Below, in pieces: positions 54,192 through 64,000 of a stretch of DNA of 64,000 nt (the first letter of the stretch is position 1; every line of letters begins with the position of its first letter). The position numbers and the translations under genes are program-made. The DNA is from Thecamonas trahens ATCC 50062 (lineage: Eukaryota; Protista; Apusomonadida), in contig NW_013657668.1 in NCBI RefSeq assembly GCF_000142905.1, positions 420,492-484,491 of the forward strand, read 5' to 3'. Under the pieces are notes generated by a model. The model was not told the origin of the DNA. It did no database searches and saw nothing but the letters and a program-made list of their open reading frames with translations.

Positions 54192-56927
54192 TTACTGTCT
54201 CGCCTCGCGGCGGTTAACCTCCTCCATCAGCTGCAGCTTAACGTCGAGCGAGAGCGCAGGATCGTCAATAAAGTCGTAGGCGGCAGCAGCAGCAGCGGCG
54301 CGGGCGGCCTGCTCCTGCGCCACCAGGCGTCGGGCCTGGAACTGGTTCGCCCGCCGCTCGAGCGCCTCCGCCCGGGCGTACCACCGCGGCGAGTGCGGCG
54401 GCGGGAGTGTCGAGTCGAGCGCGGACATCCGCTCGCGCCGCTCTCGCTCCATGTCGCGGACGGCAGCCCGCCGCGCCAGCGCGCGTAGCACGTCCTCGTT
54501 CACCTCGGTCCGAGAGTCACGGGCGATGCGGAAGACGCACTCGGCCTCGGCGGCGGCAGCAGCAGTAGCCCGGGCCTCGGCCCGATGGTACGTCTCGAGC
54601 TCGGCCGCTTGCTGCGCGCGCTCGCTGCGAGCGAGCTCGGCCGCCGCGCGCGCCTCGGCGCCCGCCGCTAGCCGCTGCAACTGGCTGTGAACGTCGCCAA
54701 ACTCGGCACCAAACGAGGCTGCGGCCTGCATGTGCGATCGTGGTGAAAGGACCGAGGCCTCGGCGACGCCGGTCGAGTAGAGCTGTCCTGCCCGCGCTCG
54801 GCTCCCTGCCACGGCGAGCTGCTCTTGGACGCTTGCGTGTGCTGCGAGAGCGCTCCGCTCGGAGCGAGCGACCTCCATCGCGGCAACGGCGGCCGCACGG
54901 CCGCGCACGCGTTCAAGCTCCTCGATCACCGCTGTATGATTCGCGGCTGCCGCAACCTCGGCACGACTGGTCTCCGCGGCGCGGATGGCGGCAGCGCGCG
55001 AGGCGGCTGCCTCGTTGCAAGCGGCGTCAGCCGCCGCCGCATGGGCGTCGACGCGCCGCTTCCGCTCAGCCTCGGCGGCATGGCGAACACTCAACCGCTC
55101 TGCACGCGTCACTAGCTCTTCGCGCGATCGCGAGAGGGAGAGGCCTGCCGCTGGGGCCTGGTTGCGCTCGGCAACCCGCCGCGCGAGCTCGCGGACGGCC
55201 TCGGCTGACTGAGCCACTGGGTGCGGCCCACCCTCGCCCGAGTATATCCGGCGGAGCTGCTCAGACTCGATGGCTTCCAGAGCCTCGGCCTGTGCGGCCC
55301 GACGTTCGAGCGTGGCCACCAGCTCGGCGCGCGAGGCCATGGCCACTCGTGCCTGTCGCTCGGTCTCGGCCATTTGCACCGCGAGCGCGCTGAGCTCGGC
55401 GCGGGCCGACGCCTCTTGCGCGTCGAGCTCCGCGAGCCTGCGCGCTTGCTCGGCGTCCATGGCGCGGGTGGCATAGGCCTGGCCGGCGGCACGGAGAAGT
55501 GCCTCGGCGGTCTCGGCATCAAGCGTCTTTGGTGGATGGGCCTCCGCCAGCCTGCGTGCTTGCTCGGCATCCATGGCGTTGCGGGCGGCGTTACGAGCGG
55601 CGCAACGCGCGGCGTCGGCGGCAGCGGACGAGCCGATTTCCTCAGCCACCCGTCGCTCCCGCTCGGCTTCCATGGCGGCGATAGCCTCAGCTCCGGCCTC
55701 GGCACGTGCCGCCTCTTCCTCCTCAAACACCTCGCGGAGGCGGCGCAGGCGCTCCTCTTCGGCGGCGATGGTAGCGGCGCGGGCGGCGGCGGCGCGGGAG
55801 ACGTCTTCGCGGAGCTGGAGCGCGGCGTCGTCCATGGCCGGGCCGCTGTCCTCGGCCTCGCGACGTGCCTGCTCGGCGTCAGCGCGGCGGAGTACATAAA
55901 GCCGCCCCGCCGTTCGCTCGATCTCCTCCAGCAGCGCGGTAGACATTGAGCGCGAGCCGGCGGCACGGATCTTCGACTCGACGGCGGCGGCGGCCTCGGC
56001 ATCGTAGAGCTTGCGGGCGGCGCGGCGGTTGACGGCCGAAACAAGGTCGTGGCGGACGAGCTCGGCGCCTGGAACCTCGTTCTCGCGGGCGAGTCTGAGC
56101 TCATCCGACTCGACGCGACGGAGCTGCTCGGCAGCGGCTTGGGCATCGGCCACGGCCTGGGCCCGACGGCGGACGAGCTCGTCCTGAGCCGCCGCCTTGG
56201 CGTCGGCTGCCAGCCGTCGCTCGCGCTCAGCTTCGGCATCGGCATCGGCAGCCGCCGCCGCCGCAGCGCGCTCGTTGGCGTCAGCCTCGAGCGCATCGCG
56301 GATCCGCTCCTCACGTACCGCCTCGTCTTGCATGCGGCGGAAAACCTCGGACGACTTGCGGACAAGTTCGGCCTTGACCTCGGGCTCGAGGGCGGGAAGA
56401 TCGACCGAGTCGACGTCGGCAGCGGCACGGACCCGACGATTGGCCTCGGACAGCGCAGCACGCGAGGCCCACATGGCATTGGCCTTGCGCACCAGCTCCT
56501 CCTTCATGTCCCAGTGCGAGTCATCCGAGTCTCGGGCTTCGAGAACGGTGTCCAGATCGGACTCGGCCATGCGCCGCTCGCGCTCAATCTCGGCATCCAG
56601 CCGGGCCCGCAAGCGGCTCGCCTTTTCCTTCAACTCGTGCTCGACGACCGAGGCGAGCGGAGAGACTCCATCTGGAGGGGCAGACGAGGGCGTGTCGAGC
56701 CGGCGTTGCCGCTCGCGATCCATGGCAGCTGCCACGGCCTCGCGATTCCAGTCCCGCCAGGCATCATCGACCTTATCGAGCAGCTCCCGTTCCACCAGAA
56801 TGGTCTGCTTGAGTCGCAGGCGCAGGTCCTTATACAGCGCATCAAGCGCAAGTCGTTGTCCTTGAACCAGTCGCAGTTGGTCGTACACAGCTTCCAGCGC
56901 AGCAGCTGCAGGTGTGGGGGATTCCAT
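54192..56927 (-). CDS. Ala/Glu/Arg-rich alpha-helical repeat / coiled-coil protein (911 aa)
   Basis: Recurrent A(M/A)xxE(Q/R)xRR units; coding-like third-position bias; gccATG start. Confidence 0.75.
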   Translation of the reverse strand: MESPTPAAAALEAVYDQLRLVQGQRLALDALYKDLRLRLKQTILVERELLDKVDDAWRDWNREAVAAAMDRERQRRLDTPSSAPPDGVSPLASVVEHELKEKASRLRARLDAEIERERRMAESDLDTVLEARDSDDSHWDMKEELVRKANAMWASRAALSEANRRVRAAADVDSVDLPALEPEVKAELVRKSSEVFRRMQDEAVREERIRDALEADANERAAAAAAADADAEAERERRLAADAKAAAQDELVRRRAQAVADAQAAAEQLRRVESDELRLARENEVPGAELVRHDLVSAVNRRAARKLYDAEAAAAVESKIRAAGSRSMSTALLEEIERTAGRLYVLRRADAEQARREAEDSGPAMDDAALQLREDVSRAAAARAATIAAEEERLRRLREVFEEEEAARAEAGAEAIAAMEAERERRVAEEIGSSAAADAARCAARNAARNAMDAEQARRLAEAHPPKTLDAETAEALLRAAGQAYATRAMDAEQARRLAELDAQEASARAELSALAVQMAETERQARVAMASRAELVATLERRAAQAEALEAIESEQLRRIYSGEGGPHPVAQSAEAVRELARRVAERNQAPAAGLSLSRSREELVTRAERLSVRHAAEAERKRRVDAHAAAADAACNEAAASRAAAIRAAETSRAEVAAAANHTAVIEELERVRGRAAAVAAMEVARSERSALAAHASVQEQLAVAGSRARAGQLYSTGVAEASVLSPRSHMQAAASFGAEFGDVHSQLQRLAAGAEARAAAELARSERAQQAAELETYHRAEARATAAAAAEAECVFRIARDSRTEVNEDVLRALARRAAVRDMERERRERMSALDSTLPPPHSPRWYARAEALERRANQFQARRLVAQEQAARAAAAAAAYDFIDDPALSLDVKLQLMEEVNRREARQ

Positions 56928-57778
56928 GGCCGTTGTCGGTGCGGGTCAGTCAGGTGCTTCCAGTCTCTCCGGCCCCAGCCCACACAGACGAGATCATGGA
57001 TCGTTGATGGTGCAGCGAGCAGCAGTGATGATGGGGGCTGGAGATTGCCTCACGCCTGGAGGATGGACAACAGGTCGATGATGCGGTGTGGTGTGGTGAT
57101 TGGGGAGAAGGTCGAGTGTGATGGGCTGGGGGAGGAGGGGTATTTTTGACGGATGATCATTGATGTAAAAGTGCACCGCGGGAAGAGATGGGAAGCGTGA
57201 TGGAGATCGAGTTGGCATCAGAGTTGTGTGTGTGTGTGTGAGTGGTGTGTAGTGGGGGAGTGGAGGGGGGGATGGGGATGGGAGTGGGAGGAGCTGATCT
57301 GGGGAGGATGGTGGATGGGTCTGGCGAGGATGCGCGGTTGGTGGTAGTTGCAGTTGACGAGCAGAAAAGGGCTGATGATGATGATGACGATGAGATTGGG
57401 CCTGACGGAGGAATTAGGATCAGGAAGCAATACATCGGTGTGCTCAATGAGCAACTTCTACTTGCCTACCACGTACAACACTAATGCATGCATTTGTGGC
57501 GCCGTCAGCGGCCCGATGCACAAGGCAATACTGTGTGGTGACCAGAGACAACCAGGCGGCGGACCATGATCAAATGGCACGCCATCCATCCTCTTCCCTC
57601 ACCCACTGCAGCGGATGGCCGACCAGGTTACGGAGCGTAAGGCTGCAGTGAGCAACACAGCTCTCCACCACGACGCGGATACCCACTGTCCGAAGAGAGT
57701 GACCAACAGAGCACACAAGAGTCTGTTCATTCATACCTCAGGCGTTACCTGCATCCACACAGCCTGCCAGAGTGTGCC

Positions 57779-58954
57779 ATGTACGCCGACGAGGGGGGAG
57801 GATGGGCTGGGCGAGGGGAGGTGGAAGGGGGCGAGGGGAGGGGGGGGGTGGGAAGGGGGTGGGAAGGGGGTGGGAAGGGGGGGAGGGAGACTCGGGAGAC
57901 TCACGTCATAGACTGAATGTGATGGTTGGATGGTGTGGCTGCTGACTGATCTGATGGCTGGTGGGCTGATTGCGACTGATGTGATGGCTGATGGCTATGT
58001 GGCGGCGACTGTTCGGGTGGCCTCATCTGGTGGTGGGTGGCCTCATCTGCTGGGCCGAATACTGCTTGGGAGGGTAGGCCTCACAACAATCGCGGCGTGC
58101 AAAAGGCGTCTGCCCGGACAGGTAGAGATCGTGGCGGCAAGTCGCGGAAGGGCGGCCTCTCGCGCGACGAGCAGCGCAAGAAGAAGGCCATGATTCACCG
58201 CTCCGCCAATCGGTTTGTGTCCGAAAAGGAAAAGGCGGCCGCCAAGCGGAAGCGCGCCACCATCATCTCGTACACTCGCTCGCTGGAGAAGGATGCGCGC
58301 GCCGACAAGCGCCGCAAGAACGACCCCGTCGCCGCCAAGTCGCGCTCGTTCTACGACGCGTACTTTAACGGCGAGATCGACGACGATGACGGCGCCGGCG
58401 CTGGTCCCAGCCGCGGCAAGACGGCCGGAAAGTCGAACAACAGCGGCGCCAGTGCTGACAACACGGCCGCCGACGACGACAAGGCCCTTCGGAAGCGGCT
58501 GCGCGAGCTGCGCGAGAAGCGTGCCGCGCGCGCCGAAGAGTACAAGCGCCGCAAGGCGCCCGGTACCCGCCGCCGCACCGATCCGTACCGGAAGGCCCGA
58601 CTCGAGTACGAGGCGAAGCTCCAGGAGGAGAAGATAGCCAAGGACGCCGCTCTGGCTGCGGCCAAGGTTCGTGCCGAAGCCCGCACTGCCGCCCTTGCCA
58701 AGCGCTCTGCACGCGCCAAGCGCTTCCGCCGCACTACCAAGAGCGGCCAGCCCTTTGTCGCCGACATGATCACCGGCATCATGGCAAAGCTTGACCCGAC
58801 CGGCAAGTACGCGCCGCCTTCCTCCTCCGCGCCCACCCGCCGCCTCCCCAACCCTGACGATCTCTCATCCTCATCCTACGAGGACAGCGACGATGACGAT
58901 GGCGATGACGATGACGACGACGACGATGCCTCTGCCTCGTCGTCCTCCGCATAG
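57779..58954 (+). CDS. CCDC59: CCDC59/TAP26/FYV7-like rRNA-processing protein; start codon split by intron 57781-58077
   Basis: C-terminal KRFRRTTKSGQPFVADMITGIMAKL fits the FYV7 motif. gccAT|GTACGC..GGTAG|G CCT CAC AAC gives MPHNNRG. Confidence 0.75.
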
Positions 58955-58977
58955 CGCAGTACACCTCCCCCCCCCCC

Positions 58978-59077
58978 NNNNNNNNNNNNNNNNNNNNNNN
59001 NNNNNNNNNNNNNNNNNNNNNNNNNNNNNNNNNNNNNNNNNNNNNNNNNNNNNNNNNNNNNNNNNNNNNNNNNNNNN
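58978..59077. other. Assembly gap (100 N)
   Basis: N run inside poly-C. Confidence 1.
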
Positions 59078-59120
59078 CCCCCCCCCCTCACCCCACCCGA
59101 CCCACCCAACTCCAGCCCAC

Positions 59121-61324
59121 ATGCCGCTGCTGTACGACTCGCTGCAGCGTAGCCGTGGACTGGGCTATTTGGTCATTGGTCTTGTTGTCATTCTCGTTGC
59201 GGTTGGTGCGACTCCTGCTGGTGGTGCTTCCCCACCACCACCTCCACCACCACCGCCGTCGCCTGTCTCGCCTGCCCTCGTGGCATGCGAGACGGCACTG
59301 TTGTCGATGATGTCGTTCAGCTCGACGAAGGATCTGGCTATGCTGCTCGGCGCGTCTGGTCTGGCTATTCCAGCAGATCTGGGCAATGCTGGTCTGTGTG
59401 CAGCTATCAAGGAGGCACACATGTGTGTGATCAAGGGCGAGCTGGTCATCGACGAAGCCGTCTTCCCCACCTCCAACGTTACGGTCATCCCGCTCAACAA
59501 TGGCATCTGTCTCCCATCTGCCTGCTCGGCGAGCATGCTGGAGGCGCTGCTGGCCCCAGGCTCGACGTCTACCCTCCCGCTCATGCTCATCGGCGGCGTG
59601 ACGTGCTCTGATGAGGGCGAGTACCGCTGGGCCAACGTGTGGAAGAGCTCGGGCGCGGTGGCAGTTGTTGCGCTCCTCGGCACCCTCCTCGCTATCGTGG
59701 TCGTGGCTTCGGTCGTTGACGCTGTCCGCTCGGCCATCCGCTCGCCACCGTCCCCCGGCGCTAGTCTTGGCTATGACGTGCCGCGCCCGGCGGGTACCAT
59801 GGTCTTTACCGAGGACGGCCTGCTCTTCCCGGTCAACGCGACCGGCAAGGGCGACGAGCATGCGTTGCTCCTCGGCCAGCTGCCGCGTTCCGGCATGCCG
59901 TCGGTGTCAGGCGCATCGGCTCTCGCCGCCGGCGCTCCTCTGCCAGGCAAAGACCCGCTCGCGCTGCGAATCCTCCTCGCGTTCTCGGCCATCCACAACC
60001 TCAAGCGACTTGTGGTCCAGCCACCGGCGCTCCTCAACTCGCTCAACGGCATGCGGTTCTTCTCGATGTGCTTTATTATCATCGGACACACCGTGCTCAA
60101 CATTCTGTCCAACCCGGGTGTCGACGACCTGTCTGCGGTCTTTGGCCCAAAGATCCTTGCCACCCTCGGCCTCACCGATGCCGACCTGTCTCCGCGGACC
60201 GGCGCAGTGTATCAGTTTCCGTTCCAGGTTGTGCTCGGCGCCGAGTTCTGCGTCGACACGTTCTTTTCCTCTCGGGCTTCCTGGTGGTGTTTCTCTCGCT
60301 CAAGACGCTCTCAAACGGAAAGTCGATCAACTGGGTGCTGTTTGTGGCGCATCGGTTCGTTCGGCTCCTCCCCGCGCTCGGACTCCTCGTTCTTGTCTAC
60401 ACCGTCCTCGTGCCGTATCTCGGCGACGGACCGGCGTGGCCAGCCGTCGTGTCCAACGTCCGGACAACGTGTGTCGAGCACCATCGGTGGCTGGCCACAC
60501 TCGGCTTTGTCAACAACTTCACGCCGGCCTCCTTTGGCAACATCTGCGCTGGCTGGACGTGGTATCTCTCCAACGACATGCAGTTCTTCCTCGTTCTCGC
60601 CCCGCTTTCCATCCTGGCCTTCCGCGCCTCGTTCAAGACCGGCCTCTTTGTTGTCTCGTTCCTCTCTGCGCTGGGCATTGCCCTCGGGCTCGGCATCGGC
60701 GCCGCCAACAACCTTTCAGCCAACCTGCTGAGCGGACCGGGTGAAGGAAACCAGACGAACGAGTTCTACGGCAAGCCATACATGCGAATGCCTGCGTACT
60801 TGATCGGCGTCGGCCTCGCCGGCGTCCTCGACTGGCTTGGCCGGACCCGTGGCTACGCGCCGCGGCTTCCGCCGCTCGTCCGCTGGCTCGTCTACGCTGC
60901 CGCCTTTACCGTCATGGGCCTCACCTTCTTTGGCCAGTACTCGAACATCAAGGGCGGCGATCTGGCCGGCTCGTGGCCCAAGGCTACCCGTGTGGCGTAC
61001 CTCGCCCTCTCGCGCCCTGCATGGACGCTTGGCCTCGCCGCCGTGGTCTACATCTACATCTCGGGCGACGGCGGTCCCGTCGCCGCCTTTCTCTCCGCCC
61101 CGGTCTTTGCCGGCCTTGCTCGCCTCACGTACTCGGCCTATCTCTGGCACTATGTCATCATGACTGTCGTGTTTGGCAACGCCACCGCGCTCTCGCGCTA
61201 TCGGCCCGACTTTATCGCCGTCTACACCTCCTTTTTCCTCATCTCGGCCTACATCATGTCGCTCATCTCCTACCTCCTCGTCGAGAAGCCCATCATGAAC
61301 CTGGAGAAGCTGCTTCTCGGCTAG
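59121..61324 (+). CDS. NRF-6/OACYL-like acyltransferase-3 membrane protein; frameshift near 60265
   Basis: NRF N-terminal DLGN..LC..GICLPSACS; LNGMRFFSMCFIIIGH; VDTFF-[shift]-LSGFL; HRFVRLLP; CAGWTWYLSNDMQFF; RLTYSAYLWH; LVEKP. Confidence 0.9.
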
Positions 61325-61666
61325 TCAGCCTCCATCTCCCCACCGAGCCAACAACTCAACTACATCCAATCAACCATGACCTTCGATTCCCCCCCTTCCT
61401 CCTCCCCCCCCCCCCCCCCCCTTGCCCCATCTGTCGGTCGTTCGTCCTCCGCCCAATTGGTCACATCCTACCAACCAACCACCGCCACCACTCACTCGCC
61501 ACGACTCGGTCACGCCACCACCCGCTGCCACTCCCCGCACCCACCCCCCCACCCACCCACCCACCTACCATCACCACCACCACCACTGTCCGCACCTCTC
61601 TCTCTCTCCCTCCCTCCAACCTCCTCCACCTCTACACCTCCCTCCCTTCCTCTCCCTCCACCCCCT

Positions 61667-62152
61667 NNNNNNNNNNNNNNNNNNNNNNNNNNNNNNNNNN
61701 NNNNNNNNNNNNNNNNNNNNNNNNNNNNNNNNNNNNNNNNNNNNNNNNNNNNNNNNNNNNNNNNNNNNNNNNNNNNNNNNNNNNNNNNNNNNNNNNNNNN
61801 NNNNNNNNNNNNNNNNNNNNNNNNNNNNNNNNNNNNNNNNNNNNNNNNNNNNNNNNNNNNNNNNNNNNNNNNNNNNNNNNNNNNNNNNNNNNNNNNNNNN
61901 NNNNNNNNNNNNNNNNNNNNNNNNNNNNNNNNNNNNNNNNNNNNNNNNNNNNNNNNNNNNNNNNNNNNNNNNNNNNNNNNNNNNNNNNNNNNNNNNNNNN
62001 NNNNNNNNNNNNNNNNNNNNNNNNNNNNNNNNNNNNNNNNNNNNNNNNNNNNNNNNNNNNNNNNNNNNNNNNNNNNNNNNNNNNNNNNNNNNNNNNNNNN
62101 NNNNNNNNNNNNNNNNNNNNNNNNNNNNNNNNNNNNNNNNNNNNNNNNNNNN
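61667..62152. other. Assembly gap (486 N)
   Basis: N run inside C-rich sequence. Confidence 1.
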
Positions 62153-62249
62153 CCCCACCCCTGCAAAGAGTACGCACCACCGCCACCCTCCCCCCTCCCC
62201 CCTCCCCCCTCCCCCCCTCCCTCCCCAAACACCACTCACCCTACATACC

Positions 62250-64000
62250 ATGGTCTTTTACGCGTAGTGGGCAAGAACGGATCCAAGCAGCTGCGTGAAC
62301 CAGACCCTCGGGAGAGAGCGTCGGCGACGGCCGAGGACAACTTGGTCGCCGTCTTCTCGCCCGAGTTTCGGCCCGAGACCAATACCATCTCGATGGACTC
62401 GTTTGAGGTTCTGAGGGAGATTGGTCATGGATCGTTCGGGCAAGTCAACTTGGTACGGAAAAAGAGTAATGGCAAGATTTACGCCATGAAGCTCCTCGAC
62501 AAGCAGTCTATTCTGGACACCGACGCTGTGGCCCAGTCAAAGGCCGAGCAAGCGCTGCAGAACATCGCAGGCAAGCATCCGCTCATTGTCAACCTCCGCT
62601 TCGCCTTTCAGACCAACAAGCATCTGTGCATCGTCCTCGACTACGTCGGCGGAGGTGACTTGTTCGACCATCTGAAGGTCGCTCGCCGCTTTGACGAGTC
62701 GCGCGCCCGGCTCTACGCCGCTGAGGTCTACGTCGGCCTCGAGTTTATGCACTCGATGAACATTGTGTACCGCGACCTCAAGATGGAGAACGTCATCCTC
62801 GACCGCGACGGACACATCCGCCTTGCCGACTTTGGCCTCGCCAAGGAGCTCTCCAATCTCCATCGGACGTCGACGGTATGCGGGACGGCCGAGTACATGG
62901 CGCCCGAGGTTGTCGACACCTCGATCGAGTACGGTGTCGAGGCCGACTGGTGGTCGTACGGTATTTTCGTCTTTGTTATGCTCTTTGGCAAGTACCCGTT
63001 CTCGGCCAAATCGCGCGCCGAGCTCAACGCCAAGGTCCTCACCAAGTCGATTTCGTTCCCGGCCTCGGTCCCCGTCTCCAACGAGGTCAAGTCGCTCATC
63101 CGCGGCTTGCTTCACAAGAACCCGGCCAAGCGCATCTCCGGCCCTGTCATCCGCGACCACCCGTGGTTTGCCGGAATCGACTGGGACCGCGTCGCCAACC
63201 GCGGATATGACCCGCCGTTCAAGCCGACCCTCGATCCCGAGATCGAAGCCCTTCTCCTTGCCGCGCCGCAGCCCAAGTATGACGCCGACGTCCTCCCGCC
63301 TGCAGTCTCGGTGTCTCTGCCGAACTCGTCGTCGCGCTCGGGCAAGTCCCGCTCGCGCCGTTCCGGCCGCTCCTCGCGCTCGCGCAGAAGACGGCGTCAC
63401 CACTCGTCGCGCTCGTCGTCGTCTTCGTCGACTCCGCCCACGCCGCCGTCGTCGTCGTCATCGCCGGCTCCGACTCCTGCCGCACCCGCCTCGACCACCT
63501 CCTCTGGCCGCCGCAAGCGCCGCAGGCGCCGCAAGCAAAAGTCGCCGTCGTCGTCTGGCTCGACCTCGCCGCCGCGCACCGTCTCGGCTGCTCAGTCGCC
63601 GTCGCCAGCCGCGAGCAAGCTCTCGGGCAGCCACTCAAAGTCGACGCCCAATGTGACGGGCCATGAGTCGCCGACGCCGTCGTCGTCGTCGGGCCGCTCC
63701 CACCGGCGCCGGCGCCGGCACCGATCGTCCTACCGCGCCAAGAAGGAGTCGTCGTCACAGAGCAAGCCAGCATCGGCGCCGGCGCCGGCTCCGCCCACCT
63801 CGGCATCGGCATCCGAGTCTGACGAGTACGACGTTGACGATCCGCGCCTGCCCGACCGCACCGCCGTCGCTCCGCTGCCACCGCCGCCGTCGCCGTCGGC
63901 GGCTGCCAAGGCCGCGGCGGCCATTGCACCGTCGCCTTCGAGCTCCTCCGGTCACCTCTCACTCAATGCTTTTGCCGCCGCGGCGAGCGGTGACGCCGAA
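62250..64000 (+). CDS. AGC-family Ser/Thr kinase (S6K/RSK/Akt-like) with long Ser/Arg-rich tail; 3' end runs off the window; 5' end uncertain
   Basis: Manual translation: FEVLREIGHGSFGQV..YAMK..LDYVGGGDLF..YRDLKMEN..DFGLAKE..TVCGTAEYMAPE..DWWSYG..HPWFAGIDW..PPFKP. The ATG at 62250 is out of frame, implying a missing T or an acceptor at 62267. Confidence 0.92.

Noticed and set aside
17553-60268. Recurrent single-base frameshifts (about 17553, 22741, 31240, 35980, 46283, 60265, possibly 24093 and 62256) as programmed frameshifting, RNA editing or pseudogenes
   Set aside because: Most are one missing base in homopolymer or short-repeat runs (TTTTCCC, CCCCCC, TTTT) within otherwise intact conserved genes, with no shared slippery motif. 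Assembly undercalls are the simplest explanation; raw reads and cDNA would settle it.
71-63962. Numerous overlapping Arg/Pro/Ser-rich alternative-frame ORFs in the ORF track
   Set aside because: Expected by-products of GC3-rich coding sequence; they carry no domain motifs.
1-64000. Prokaryotic defence system, operon, prophage, rRNA or tRNA
   Set aside because: All recognisable genes are eukaryotic, several with spliceosomal introns, and no such signatures were seen.

Overview
GC-rich, very compact, intron-poor eukaryotic nuclear DNA, not prokaryotic: no rRNA, tRNA, CRISPR or recognisable mobile element was seen. About 35 protein genes are supported. Well-recognised ones include an LRRC43-like protein, a CAP-Gly formin, an Sfi1-repeat protein, an AAA ATPase, LYRM2, TRMU/MnmA, a GT2 glycosyltransferase, a GP63-like multipass protein, Sec14, RPS17, QCR8, PSMB7, PINCH, a PhyH dioxygenase, PRP40, DNAAF4, Kish-B, a TDP2-like EEP protein, copine, AACS, CCDC59/FYV7, an NRF-6 acyltransferase and an AGC kinase. 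Ciliary genes together with PINCH and this architecture suggest a flagellated amorphean protist, possibly an apusomonad such as Thecamonas (inference only). Seven 5'-biased introns were inferred, all with GTACG donors. There are three N-gaps and several single-base frameshifts, probably assembly errors. The best novelty candidates are: (1) a CAP-Gly + helical rod + GBD/FH3-FH1-FH2 formin with degenerate FH2 dimerisation motifs; (2) a GP63-like protein with REAMH replacing HEXXH, fused to an IPT domain and a polycystin-like multipass module; (3) LYRM2 lying in frame 27 nt upstream of the AAA ATPase, a bicistron or readthrough candidate; (4) a SAM-like/WW/CaaX protein and an orphan island at 48-51.5 kb; (5) a structured RPS17 intron next to a 13-bp minisatellite. 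All family calls come from motif recognition by eye; no searches were run.
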